Counted from the whole stretch's first letter, positions 20,678-34,240 are shown. The stretch is 61,708 nucleotides of DNA, filler included, from Sphacelaria rigidula (GCA_964200075.2; 9 parts of 9 records of this genome joined end to end with filler, not necessarily neighbours in it), one strand, 5' to 3'. The notes: generated by a model not told the origin, from the letters alone. Translations and numbers: made by a program.

Positions 20678-23600
20678 GCGGCAAATATTGCTTAGCCAAT
20701 ATGTATTGTGACGGTCGATTCCCTCGTGTATTGTTCGCCCAATATTTATTGGACGCATTGGCGTACGACATATTGAGTCGGCAATATATATTGCCGCGTC
20801 GGGTGTTCAGCATTTGAATCGTCAATATATATATATATATATATAATATCGACGTCGTGTGGCAGCCAATATAGTACTCGACAAACACATGTTGGCGCCT
20901 TGCCGCACCAACATACTGCTATGTTGAGGTGACGCATGTCGTGATATATTGTTCCGCCGCTATATATTGCATGTCGTGGGCCTTGGGATATTAATGACGT
21001 TGACCTGTCTCTAGTGCCATAATATTTCTCGGCTAATATATCTATATTGAATATGCAACGCGTCTACATATTGGGCGGGCACTAAATATTACATTTTGTA
21101 TTTCCTAGGGTGTGAAACTGTCACAGATATTGATACATTGACAAGACATGGAAAATTTACGAGCTTGCCCTCCACGTGTTCGGTTTGAAGATAATGAGAA
21201 AATGGAAAAACGTCCACGGCAAAAGTAGACAGCAGAGCTGGAATGATGTGGGTGGGGGCTTACCAATTTTTCGGGTTTCCGGTAAGCGTGAGCTCTTGTG
21301 GCTAGGTCGAAGATCCGATCACTTGGAGCTACAGTAATGTGTATTCCCCAAAGTTCATAGGAAGGAGGTTGCAGAAACCGGCTATGAGGTTGACTGGTGT
21401 GATCGGTCGGAGCAAGTCTGAAGCGGTTCCTTGGCCTCCGTTTAAGGACGGCTGAATGTGTCAGATTCGATGTTCATCACATTCGGTTTCCTGCTGTACA
21501 GGAACACCAACATATATAGACGGCGACAACTTACTTCACTGTGAAGGGGGTCCAATTCGCTTCTGGTTGACCCACCTTGACTTATGCAGAGAATGGGCTC
21601 TAGGCACCGGCGTTGACTTCGTCGCATCATACCGCGATCAAAATCAGGCCCGACATACACAGAGGTATTCTCCGCGGTGGGTGACACCGTTTTTAACAGT
21701 AGACGTTGTTGCCGATGCAGAAGAGAAAATTTGATTTATATATACTACGTAGTATATATACATGGAGCGCAGCTGTTATCCGAACGAATGACATCATCCG
21801 CTTGTTCTATATTGGAGCTGGCAAAGATCCATTCACATGATCGACTGCCAGTGTTTCGTGCACCCGCGGTTCTAACCCCAATGCTAACCCCAGCTCTCTT
21901 CTCACCATAGGTGGGGGAATCTTCCTCCGGAACTACGCGTCATCAAGGATCGTTGGCTGGGAGCATCGAGCGATGATCTAGGACCACTCGTAGGCGCCGA
22001 TATTCCAGTGCCTGGCGAAGCCAAAGTGGCAGCTGGCAATTGCGACGAGGAGGACCTGTGTAGTAGGTGTGTTGAATCTTTTTCAATACTGTTGAATTTT
22101 TCGTGTTGCCTTGTCGTACCCGCAGCCGCCCCCCTCCTATAGGACGATCCTACAATGTCAAGAGATCAGCCCGTCTCTTCCCAGCACCAGCTTGGCATCC
22201 TACCATTACCGAGAAATGAATCAGCACTCTCGCAGCTCGTCAACGTTCATTGACGTTCTTTTTTTGCGAACTCTCGTTCTCACATGTCGGACAGCCGAAA
22301 AGAGCAGCAAAAACGTGGCCCTGTGAATCGAGCGTAAGAAATCCAGTACAAACCATCGGCATGCAGCGCAGTTTAGGTGGGGCATATCCGCGATCACCTC
22401 GAGTATCATTTGCCTGTCGATGTCGTGTGTCCCCGGAGTATTACGTATGCCACGCGTCGGATGACGTGCTTGCACTGCACTAGGTTGGGGCAAACCACGC
22501 TGAACGCTACATTTCCCGTCGAATTACGAGGAATATCGCAGACGTACCATATAATATGTATATTGACCTGCCTTGTTGATTCATGTAGAGCAGTGTAAAT
22601 AGAGGAAGTGCACTCCACGGAAATGCTAGAGCGTTTTTGCCACTCGCGTTTTTTTCTTTGCGTACCTGACACATGGTACTCACACGACGTCCGGTTATCT
22701 GTACGCGGCAGCTCGAGAGTACACCACGATGTGTGAGGGTTACACACATGCTTGCTGTGGCATCTTGTGTACAGCATGTTCGACTCGGTGCCGTGCCTGC
22801 CAGTATCCGTTCGAGAACATTTGCCTCCAACTTTATGACTCACATGTTGCTCGAGGTGCGGTAACTGCAACTATAGAGGGTAGACCAAGCCACAATGGGT
22901 GGGATACGTTTGCCCGTGGCATTCATACACGAGAAGTGTTGGCATGTCAGGCGCGATGCGGCAGATATTCGGTAGACACAATAGTACACACCACACGGCG
23001 ACAGGATAGTACGCGAAAATCCTCGTGTTACTCATGTGGTTCCGACTTTTTTTTTATATCATATTTTGCCATACACTCAGATCTCTGCCGGTGCGAAGCA
23101 TCAGGAGTGGCAAAATATGAAGGAAAAAAAGAAAAGGAATCTACGATGTACAACAAGGTCAACCCAAAGTCAGGTACTGTTCAATAAATCCGTGACCGCG
23201 AATCGTTCGGGCATCTTCACCGAAGCAGCATTCGTACGGGGGAAAGCACAGAGGTGCAAGAGCAAGCCGCACTTGAATATCACGCACGAACACAAACAAC
23301 GGGTACTTGCCACAGCCAAACAAGGGTACAGGAAGAAATAGTGCCAACTGTAACCGCGTCAGCACGATTAATTTCAAGAGCGCAACAACAGGGGGCCCTC
23401 ACCGGCAACAACGCTGTTCCCTAGACCATGCATGTTGTCAAGCTACGGGAAGGGCTCAAGCTACGCGATGGATTAACCCCCCCCTCCCATCTCCCGCCAC
23501 CGTTTTTCCGTAGGTCTTCTCATCGCGACGTACTTACATAACCTACGAGAACATGCGTCAATAGCTGTTTGGCGCCTTGTCGACCCTTCATACACAGTAC

Positions 23601-23695
23601 GTTACGTTAAGCGTTGTGCGTAATTGTCTCGGCTCCAAGGTACACCAAACAGTACTATCGGGGGAAACAAAGGGGAATTCGCGAGAACGAATATA

Positions 23696-23872
23696 CCCCC
23701 CCCCCCCCCCCCCCCCTCCCCTGCTCCCTCTGGAAAGGGACGCGTGGTCAATGGTCAAACGACTAAGGCGAGCAACAAATGAGCACTCTCCCCCTCCGTC
23801 TCGAAAGGGATGCGTGGTCAATGGTCACACGACTAAGGCATGCAACAAATGAGTACGCCCCCCCTCCCCCCA
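23696..23872 (+). repeat. Two head-to-tail family PG elements embedded in C-runs
   Basis: Two copies of (CTCCGTCTC)GAAAGGGATGCGTGGTCAATGGTCAAACGACTAAGGCRAGCAACAAATGAGYAC, with C-runs on both outer sides. Confidence 0.9.
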
Positions 23873-26800
23873 CTCCCTTGGACATCGCCATAAGGGGGTA
23901 AACCTAACGTTATCCGGGGAAACGGCTCAGCAAGTGGGCTTATACGGCTGAATATTCGATTTTTTTGTCAAGAGAGTACGAGCGAGTGAAAGGCGTACCA
24001 TCGTAGATCGGGCCTGTGCGTGCAACCGGGTATTCTCTCCACAACACAGACACAACAGCGACATGATCAATGTTGAGCTTATGATATAATACTTCAGAAC
24101 AGAGAAATAGTATAGATTTATCACCAGGAAAAAAATATGCACAAAATGAGTTTACTCCCTAAATCTGTGTCGTTCCTTCAGTCTCAACTTCTGCTACAAA
24201 ATCAAGTCTAATCACCTAGTGTGAATTCGTCTGCGGGACTCAAGACGTGTGAGAGAATTTAGGCATGCCTTTAATCGGAAGCCCTCACACCAAGTCGCCC
24301 ACAATCACTGTAGCTCTGTGTAATGCCAAGTATTGTACCGTGCAGATTTTTATTACAGCGAAAACCGCTGTAGTATACACCGTAGACCACTTCAAGTGGT
24401 ATGGAAAAAGCTCATTATCTTGAATCCCTACAAAATGCTGGATCGGGAGAAATTCGAAGTAACAGCGCGGGCTCTGCAACCGGATGATGAAACAACACGA
24501 GCGAGTTGCTGATCAGGAACCATCCTACCCCAACCGAAGCAAGGGTACTTTTCCATTCACTTTACACGAGGTAGTATGGTACGTCGATTTTGGGTACATC
24601 ATGATGGGTAAAGTGTTTTCATCTCGTATCACCGTGCGCTTGGAAGCATTCATCGTCTAGTATGACGAATAATATATGGTGTAGCAGCTACACGGAACTT
24701 TGGGACAGACCACCGTGGTTAACTGCTTCCTGCTGACGTGCACAGGAGGGGCCCGCCATAAAGGAACGTGAAGTTGGCTAGGACTTGCTCTCTGTATTCA
24801 TGACGATACTGGATCACAATGTTTCCTAGCACCTTAGTTAGACAACTGTGTGCGGTCTTTTCAGCGTCTTTTCAGTCGAGCTCCGTTTCTTTAGCCAAAT
24901 TCTTTTCCTGAACGAGTTAACCAAGCCTTTTCAGTTTGATAGCTACTCGTTTCTCAATAGCAGATAACCCATGTGTGGCGTCCAAAGCATGCTGAGACTT
25001 TCACTCATTTATTTTGCATGACGCTCGCGCACGGGTCTGCTGACCCAAGGGAATCTCACGTCGCCTGTCATCACAGTAAGCAATAGTCGTGCTTCCTCAT
25101 AAGAGTCGTCAAATCAACACCACATGTGCGTGCCAACCGCCAAAGACTCAACATACATACTCGGTCGTTATGAGTGCCGGTGCCCGCAGGGCTCATGCTG
25201 CCTTATATTCTGTACGATTTTTACACAACTGAATAAACAGGGGCAGCGTCAGTTGAACATGGCCGTCGCACGATCATCCTGTCCCATAATGACAGGGAAA
25301 TGTCAGCTGACAGCCTGGATGGTAGCCACTCTAAAGGCAGACGGGGAACAAAACCGGCAGTACCTGCGATCATTCCACTTTTGGCCAAACACCGGCAACA
25401 ACAGCAGCCACTCCACCGTCGCCAGCAGGAGCATCAGCAGCAACAGAAGCCACACCGACAGCACGGGCATCAACCGCAATACAAGCAAGCAGCACCGCAA
25501 ATCATGGCAGACATGGAAGACACCGAGCATTTACCCTATGTAGAGCAAATCAACGACTTCGTCCCGTCCGATGTCGCGGACAAAATTGATACCCCTGAAG
25601 GCGCAGGGTGCGGCGTGGCTCCAGCATTTGGCGATGCGATTGGCCCGCACCCGACTACTGGCGATCGACGGCTGGGGGAATTCAGGTGACTGCGCGCACA
25701 ACCACACATACCGTTCAAACCATGGTTGGTATTATTGCGGGCACCGGGACAATGATCGTTCCGCGAATATTCCGAGCATTTCGCGCATCGAGTTTGGTAA
25801 GGGCAAGCGTTTCTTTCGACGCATAATTAGTTCAGATCAGGTCCGACCATTTTTTTCAGACCCAGAGTTTTCTGTACTACTAGCTAGCTCAACGCACCTT
25901 GCGCACACGTGGAAATGTTCGGGAAATGATTATGTCATGTCTTCTGTTTCAACCCAACAACGCCAGGATGCGTTTTAAAACGAGCCATTCATCGAAATCG
26001 AAGACGTTTTTTTTCCAACCATACACGTTGGGGAGTTTTGCCGGACCAACGTAACCTGGCTGGGTGTACTCCGATCGCAGGAAGTAGACACAATATACCG
26101 ATCTCACGAGCAAGGACTCCAACACCTGCCAGAGTCACATTAACTCAATGGATTTGTTTTCGGGATCAAATCCGGTAAAAACTAGGATCAATGGCGGGTC
26201 TGAGAACAACTATTGGATTCGATCATGACCAGTATTAGGAAGATTTTCCTGAAATTGAATATATCGCTTTCGATTGAGAGTGAGCTCCTATGAGGAGGAC
26301 GTCCTAATGTATTCCAATTAATGAATGAGACACTGACGAGTAGCGATAGTGAACGACCCGCTTTATTGAATCAAGAATAAAACGAAGGGGAACGAGCATA
26401 TGAGCCATTGAAACACATTCCTCTCAATGATGCACCGCTGGACGTTGGGCAGGTTATGATCATACGTCATACGCATTGCCATGTGTTCCAAACCTGCCCT
26501 TCCGAGTAATACGTTGGATGCCTGTGTAGGGTATTGACCCGTCGCGATTTCAAAGAATAGTGTGCCCTCCTTTGTTTGATTTCGGAATATGCACCCAACG
26601 GCTAACTCGTCGGAGTCCTAACCCATTTACCGCCAGGGTTAGGAATCAGGGTCACGCAATACCTTTTCAATGGAACACGATAACGATTACACAAAGGGCC
26701 GGAAAACTCACCCTCAGTCGAATACCATACCCTTAATATCACGAAAACCTTGGTTATAGCGCTACTTATGGTTCGTGCCGTCAAGTTCAGCATAAGTAGC

Positions 26801-27300
26801 GCTGTGTTTTCCCCGTTTTCCGTTGAGCCCGAGGTACAATGAAGGCAGCGCGCTTACACTGAAGAGCCATTAACAAATTTAGCGCGCGTGTCAATGCATT
26901 AAGACAAATGTTTCCGGGGTTCAGCCGTCACACAGATTTCCCAGCTCAAAACTTCGGCGTGTTTCCAGCAAGTTCATCTTGTTTTCCCTCGCATACGACC
27001 GCCGACGTATCATCGCAGCTCGTATCAGGGCATCGGACGGGTTCGTGGGGGTTCTACCTTTACGGTGAATATGTACACAAATGCATGGGTAGATATCCAT
27101 AGCTAAATAGGTATATATATACCATATATATATATATACGTGTGATCTGGTCGATACACGGTACTTCGAGGTATGTGTATAGTGAGAGAGCGCATAGAAC
27201 ACATATGTGAATGCTAAGATGGAAGTAATGCCCCCTGCACTTTTCAGTCCAAAGGTTTTTTGATGCTGCACACTAAGGCCCAGATATTGGTCAGCGAGAG

Positions 27301-27372
27301 GAGTCATCCTACGATAGGGGGGGGGTATTTTGGGCCATTTGTTGCTCGAAATTTCGAGTCAGATCGTCGTTG
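27301..27372. mobile_element. TIR end of the GAGTCATCCTACGATAG(G)n element, truncated by contig end
   Basis: Matches 44659-44730. Confidence 0.8.
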
Positions 27373-27472
27373 NNNNNNNNNNNNNNNNNNNNNNNNNNNN
27401 NNNNNNNNNNNNNNNNTTAATTAATTAANNNNNNNNNNNNNNNNNNNNNNNNNNNNNNNNNNNNNNNNNNNN
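27373..27472. other. Artificial contig-joining linker
   Basis: N44-TTAATTAATTAA-N44. Confidence 0.98.
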
Positions 27473-27540
27473 CACCCATATACACCGAAAGGTGTACACT
27501 GGTGCCCAGAATAAATGGGACGACAACACAACACACAACA
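27473..27540 (+). mobile_element. Non-LTR retroposon 3' end with (ACAAC)n-like tail
   Basis: ...cccagaataaatgggacgacaacacaacacacaac; paralog at 19980-20040 on the minus strand. Confidence 0.55.
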
Positions 27541-27547
27541 TGCTTTA

Positions 27548-28174
27548 AAATTTCGTATGGAGAGCCGCTAGTGCATAATAATGCTGATGAACACAGCTAT
27601 TGCATTTTTTTCGGGGTTTTTTTTTCTCATTTTTTCGGGTTTTTGGGGCAGTTTTGAGGAGACATGAACACTGCTTTTGGGCGTTATCTCAATTTTTAGC
27701 TCAATTTTTAGAATTGTAATTTGAAACTCAGGATAAAGAACCACAGAGGTATACTGAATAAAAAAACAAATGAGTCCTCAGTATTTTTTGTGGGGGGGAA
27801 AGGTTCGGGCGTTATCGTAAAGCAATGGCGGTTTCCATACTAGAACGCCCTAAACCAGTGAAAAAAAAGGAAAAAATCAACCTGACCCACTTTGTTTCGT
27901 CAATTATGCCCCAGCCACGGCCCACACAAAGTTTTAATACACAAACACCAAACGTGGGCCGGGAAGTGGCCTGCAAAATACTGTTCCGAATTTATTCTGA
28001 CCCCGTCACTAAACGGCCCATTTACCGCCAATTCTTCACCAGTAATATATCGCTGGTTTTTGTCTTCATCATTCCCTATTCATTGTCCATACCAAATTTC
28101 AGGGTCCAACTCTAAATATTGGCCGTATAATGGGCCTGCAAACTATAGAATCGCTTCTCGGCTGGCCCAGCTCG
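27548..28174. mobile_element. Non-autonomous element ending GGCCCAGCTCG|TA, copy 1
   Basis: Colinear with 28655-29408 and partly with 37515-37857. Confidence 0.8.
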
Positions 28175-28631
28175 TAGACTGAAATGAAACCTCTCTGAGA
28201 ACTGCCTTTTTGAACCTTTTTCCACGGATTATTGGCAGAATACGGGCCTTGGCGGATTTGGCCTCCTCGGAAAGATTTGCCGTGTTTCTCATGAGGATTC
28301 CAGCGCGCTTGTCCGATGTTTCGTACTCCCAGTTTTACTCTTGGCCGGATTCTGGATTTTTTCAGTCGCCGCGAAAATCCTCGAGTTGTTGGGAAAAATA
28401 CGTACTTTTCGCGGACAACTCGAAGTTTTTTTTAGGTGACTGAAAAAATTCAAAATCCAGCCAAGAGTAAAACTGGGAGTACGAAAAAGATCGGACAAGC
28501 GCGCTGGAATCCTAGTGAAATATACAGCAAATCTTTCCGAGGAGGCCAAATCCGCCAAGGGCCATATTCCGCCAACAATCCGTGATAAAAGGTTCAAAAG
28601 GGCAGTTCTCGGAGATATTTTTTTCAGTCTA
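28175..28631. mobile_element. Foldback MITE (almost entirely palindromic)
   Basis: TAGACTGAAA...TTTCAGTCTA; arms of about 220 bp pair around a centre at ~28400; terminal TA may be the TSD. Confidence 0.88.
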
Positions 28632-28654
28632 TGAGAAACGGTCTTATGCTGTGA

Positions 28655-29408
28655 AATTTGGTATGGAGAACCGGTGCATAATAAAGCTTAACAGAACAGC
28701 TTGTTCGTTTTTTTCATTTTTTTCCCGGTTTTAGGGCAGTTTTCAGGAGAGATGGACACTGCTCGTAGGCCTCATCTCAATTTCTTAGCTCAATTTTGAG
28801 AATTGTGATTTGAAATTCAGCATAAAGAACCGCAGAGGGATGTTGATGTAAAAAAAATAGTCCCTCGTTTTTTCGGGGGGGGGGAGGGGTTCGGGCGTTC
28901 TCGAAAAAAAATGGTCGTTTCCATGCTAAAACGCCGTAAACCAGTGAAAAGAATGAATAAAATCAACCTGACCCACTTTTCTGCTTTAGTTATGCCCTAG
29001 CGAGGGCGCACACAAACTTTTAATACACAAACACCAAACGCGGGCCGGTAAGTGGCCTGCAAAATGCTGTTCCGAATTTATTCCGACCCCGTCACTAAAC
29101 GGCTCATTCACCGGCCAATATTTAGAGTCGAACCCTGAAATTTGGTATGGACAATGAATAGAGCATAATAAAAACAAACACCAGTGTACACAAGTTTTTT
29201 TTTTTCTTAATGAGTTACAGACAATAATCACTATCAGTACAAGGCCCTTAACTTATGAAAAACAAAAACACAAACCTTGTGTGCACTGGTATTTGTCTTC
29301 ATTATGCCCTATTCATTGTCCATGCCAAATTTCCAGGGTCCAACTCTAAATATTGGCCGGTTAATGGGCCTGCAAACCACAATTTCGCTTCTCGGCGGGC
29401 CCAGCTCG
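28655..29408. mobile_element. Non-autonomous element ending GGCCCAGCTCG|TA, copy 2, with internal ~85-bp inverted repeat
   Basis: Direct repeat of 27548-28174; internal IR arms ~29111-29195 and ~29276-29360. Confidence 0.8.
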
Positions 29409-29481
29409 TAGCCGTCTTGGTTTCTGTGGAACGGGATCACAAGGTCATTCGTTGGGCTTCTTCTCGCTCGAACTGGAATAG

Positions 29482-32400
29482 GTGTGGAAGCGGCAGCGGC
29501 CATACGTAGCGGCGGAGCTGCAGAAGGAAGTGCCCGACATCATGGCGCGTGAGTACTCAACACATGAGGTTGGAATACGAAGCGACATGCTTCATCTTGC
29601 GGTGTGCCAAACGCGGCGCAGCTACGTTCCACTTCGCGTCAAGAGAAACCTTGATCGCGAGAGTTGGACTGCCTGTTTTGTCTGGGCGCCCTAATTATGC
29701 AGTATTGTTGCGGCTGCTTCCACCCTCGTTACACGTTTTCGAAGTACGACTTATGGTTATCTGGGTCTTTGACGTAGTTCAGTACGAACTTGGCTGCGAT
29801 ACTACCATGATAGTATGACGTTCTCGTGAAATTTGAACCGTTTTCGGTTCCGGTGCAGGATTGGGCTTTGCTGCGGGCTTAACGCTGGTTGTGTGGATGG
29901 TGGAAGGAGCAAGGCTATCGGGGCTGCAAGGCGACCCAAGATTTCCCTTTCGGTACGGTCGCCATTGATTCACGTTAGCAAATATGTCAAGTGCACGGTA
30001 CTGTAATACTGTACGAAGAATATGAATCATGGTATGACTGCTGCTGCCGACTACACGGACTTGCTGCTACATGTGCGTTGAATATTCCTTCAACGTTGCA
30101 CGTCGTCGCACCTTTCTATTGACTGTGGTAGCATGTCCATGACAACGTATGGTGCGCCTCGCTTGATGTACAAGCCGCCTGTGTAGCAGTATCTCGACCT
30201 GCGCCTGCACTATACTGTACTGCAAACGGGTGCGAGCATTGTTTTTTTGCATTCGATTGAAGCACTTGTCGACAGCGATTCGCCCGATTGTCTATTGCTT
30301 GCACGGACGCGGTGATCTGCACGACTCATCCACACGAGCACCGTCTCCAGCCCTCGTCGCACTTTCCGTTTTATTCTGCGTTTCATGGAATAAGGTATGC
30401 GATATACAATACTCTTCCGAGCTTTGTTGGCGGGACCTTGCGGGCGTCGGAAGTTGCCGCTACCATGACGGGTGAGCCGCCCGTTCTTCAATCGTGCCCC
30501 CGAGCAGTCGCGCGCGCGTACAATCTCCGAGCTTTAAGGACAGCGCTCGCTGGTTGTACTGCACTCAGCATAGTACTCCAGGTAATTGGTGATGTGCAAT
30601 GTGGATGCCGGAGTGATACGCCAGTGTATGCTTGGGTCGAAGACGAAATGTAGGACGGTATTGTCAGAATTTGATGTTGCGGAAACGATGGAAATTTATC
30701 CTAAATGCGTGAGACCCACATGACAGATGTCACTCGTCGACACAACAGGTATCACTGGTGAAGTGTTTTTGCTGCGATCTGGAACACCACAAGGCTGTGC
30801 ATCGTGCAAGCATGCCTGTTTTCGGGTGTTCAACGCTGTTCAACCATAGTCTCGTACTTGGAGATCCCATGATGGTTGTCACAGTTCCGCCGTTGTTTGC
30901 CACAGGTCACGATTGCCGGCGGCAGGGCTACTGAGGCATACCAGCAAGCAGTAGCGGAGGGCCGTGAAGTGCCGGATCTCTTTGCGGGTCCTGTGCGTGG
31001 CCAACTAGACAGGTACGATGCTGCCGGACGAGCATGTATGCATTTGTACATAGTATGAGGCATGAAGCAGGGCCTCTACTTATAACTTGCGTAGCACACA
31101 CCACCGTTGAAACGCCGTCAAGGTTGTGGTTACTTTGTCAGGGGTGTTGTATTTTTATTCCTGCTCGAGCCAGGTAGTCGGCCAACAAAGTGTACGAAGT
31201 ATTGAAGTGAGGACTATGAGTCCACCTTTATCCTGTTCTACAGTCACACGCACACGCATAAACATCACGCCAAAGCCTGTTTTTGTAGTTACAAATGTCT
31301 TATTTCACACACTCGACCTCGGTGCGGGCGCCTCAATATCTGCAACTGTCCGGACTTGCTCAAACGGTGGAGCAAAGTGACATTCCCCTGGGGGTGTTGC
31401 GCTTGTGCGGACCTCAAGGACTCGAGCCGGCGCTGTTGGCCGCACGACATCAACCAGACCAGGGACTCAAAACGGCTTTTCTACCTGTAGTTGTCGCAGG
31501 CGTCGATTCGAATTCTGGTATGTTGTGGCTGCCGGAGGGAGCTCTCGCAGCCATCGCCAGTTACTCCTCGAATCCAGCTTACTTCCGGGTGGACTCTCGG
31601 CGGTTGTTCTCCCCCGAGGCTTGGCGACCTGTAACAAGAAGGCTGAAGGAGTGTGCTGACTCCTGTAATCAATTTGTCTTATTGGAAGCTGACACATTAT
31701 CATCAGAGACGCCTCAGGCTCTTCTCATGGAGGCAGCACGAGCACCCACAGACACGATGGTGTCGGCTGGGGAGCACGGGTCAACGCGTGCGCGAGGGCG
31801 AGGGCATCTAACAGTCGATCAGGCTTCGTGGGCGTTGGCTATGCTGCACGGGGCTTTACAGGACAAGGAGGAACACGACGGTGGCGGCGGTTTGAGCATA
31901 CCTAGTGTTATTCTCGCGGGAAGCAGAAGGTCACGAGGCGAGGAGGAATCGACCGTTGAGATAGATGCACGTGCGGCTCTCTTGTTATCTGTGCTTACTT
32001 GGGTGCAGCAATGCGAAGAGTTTGTTGCAGCAGAACGAGATGGATACGCTATTGGTGGGGCAGAGTTGGGAGGGGTCGAAGACGTGACAGATGAGGGCAC
32101 AGCGTGGCGAGGAGCGACTGTAGTGAGTGCTGCCTCAAACGTGAGTACAACTAGTACAGTTGTTGTCGAAGATTCCGCACCAAACAATGTGAGCACAGGT
32201 TCAAGGACAGACCATACCGCAAGCGAGTCTACCGAAAGTGGATCGCACACGGTCACACCGATCTTGCGTGTGTTGGAAACTATGGGCCGTGGTGTGCGAC
32301 ATACCGTCTCTGCCACCCGACATTTCCCATCAACGATCACGAGACCATTTGGTATGCTATCAAGCTGGTTCAGTCGGTTGGGTGGTGCTTCGGGTAGGTC

Positions 32401-33974
32401 TACGGGGAGAGGCAAGGTGTTGCTGTACGATACGGACAGCGAAGAATCTTTCTTCTGGGTGACAGCACAGGTGAGCTGACCGCAAACTTGGAACTTCATG
32501 GTGTACCACATGTGTAACGAACACGCAACAAAGCGTTGCCTACTTTTGGGATTTAAGGTATCCAATCGCCGCACAGTCGTTTCTCGGGAGTCGCACCCTT
32601 GACTTCGTTGTGAGCGCGAATATTTGCACATGACACGGTAATGTGTACCGCATTATGTTAAAACCGCACGCTCTCGTTTGTCGGTATTCTGGTGAATTGT
32701 CGCTTGAAACTGGAACGCCAGTCTTCCAAGGGAGAAAATCGTACGGAATGGGTAAGAGTTCGAGCTAAATTTTCCCGTCAGCAATAGTGGGGGTACACGG
32801 CAGAGGTACGATTTTTGCCGGGGTGAAAGCGCGTCTGTGTATGGTCGCTTCACTTTTGATCAGGCGTGTAAGCAGCACTTGTTTATTTGCCAAAAGGCAA
32901 AACTGAATTACTTTGTGCTTGTAACTTTGTCGTTTGCCTGAGTGTACAGACTAAGTGGACACGATAAATTTCGGAGTATTCAGCTGTCAAACACCCACCA
33001 CTGTCAACATGTTCTATGCGATGTTGTCGCCAACGCTGCCATCGTGCTGCTTGGATGGCTTGCATCTTGTCGCAGATGCGGCGCCAGGGTTGGACGGTGA
33101 TGCGAGTAGATGAACGTCCTGATCGTGATCAATACTCCGCCAAAACGTCGAGTCCTGGTGATGTTCGAGGAGACAGTGCTGCAGACCCCGATGCACTCAG
33201 TGCCCCTGTGCTGGTGCATCATTGTACAGATGAAAAAACATTGTCGGTGGCAGCTAGGCACTTGGCGCGCATCGAAGGTGATACTCTTAGGGTGGAAGTG
33301 AAGTTGGAAAACGTTCTCTCTTATCAGCCGAGGTGCTCCTCTGGGCAGGTCAACATCCCATGAAGTTTTCGGCTTTCATGTTATTTTGTTCACGATTTTG
33401 GCGTTCTTGCCAAACCCCCACGCCAGTAGTTTTCCGCTCGGTGCTTACTGCTTGGCGTGGATCCGTGTAGCTCTCCTCGGACGTTGGTGTGGTCGGCTTG
33501 TTGGCGTTGACCACACACGTTCGTGCCAACGGCGGATTTGCGGGCTGCACAATTGTATATTGGCATCCTACTCGAAATATGGCAGTTGAGGTAGTAGTCA
33601 CTTACCTCATCCTAACGGTGGTGGCACTCTGTACTCTTCTTATAAAATTACAGAACCACGGCGTAAAGCCGAGTGGTTGATCGCCGAAATATTACCCTTA
33701 ACCGACCCCCCTCTCATCCTTAAGGGGGCTCATGTCTACTGCTGTACAACTCAGCCGTGACGTTAACCTGTCACGCGACCCTCACGGTTCAACCCGTCTT
33801 AACAGGACCGCCTGTTTGTGCCGTGGTGCACCAATGGGAATGTGGCGCGCAGGCTCGCCAGCTTTTATCTCGATTACATAGGAAAACCGCGGGATTGGGA
33901 GTGAACCGAGGCGAATCGGTGGAAGTGATTTGCACGGCGGAGATTGGGGAAGGCTTGCTGGAGTTGGTGAGAAG
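29482..33974 (+). CDS. Uncharacterised multi-exon protein, partial; putative 2-TM + RCK/TrkA-N-like architecture. Exons 29482-29548, 29859-29952, 30395-30581, 30906-31012, 31378-32470, 33076-33277, 33806-33974
   Basis: Seven GT-AG exons whose intron phases chain without a stop (1,2,0,2,0,1); the 1.1-kb exon lies within ORF 31295-32479. Acceptors of exons 3 and 5 are the weaker AAG. Start and end are not seen. Confidence 0.75.
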
Positions 33975-34240
33975 GTGAGTTTTGTGCGTGGAAAGGAGAA
34001 CAAAAGTCCAACCATGCGCAAGTGTACCGCCTGCGAACAGGCCATAGTATGGTATCCTATAAAATATGAAAAATAAGTTCTATTGAAACGAACTTGAGTC
34101 TAGAACGCGAAACAGTATTGGTAAATAGCGCTGGTCAAAGAAAGGTACGTTTTGCCACTCCCGAAGGTGGGAAACCAGGCAGGAAAGATGGACAAGGGGA
34201 TAGCTACACTCCGGGCAGAGAACGGTAAAATGGTCAGTAG

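Noticed and set aside
22388..22865. Degenerate TIR element (cacctcgag ... ctcgaggtg)
   Set aside because: The inverted match is too short and no TSD is visible.
31819..32631. 270-aa antisense ORF
   Set aside because: Shadow of the plus-strand exon.
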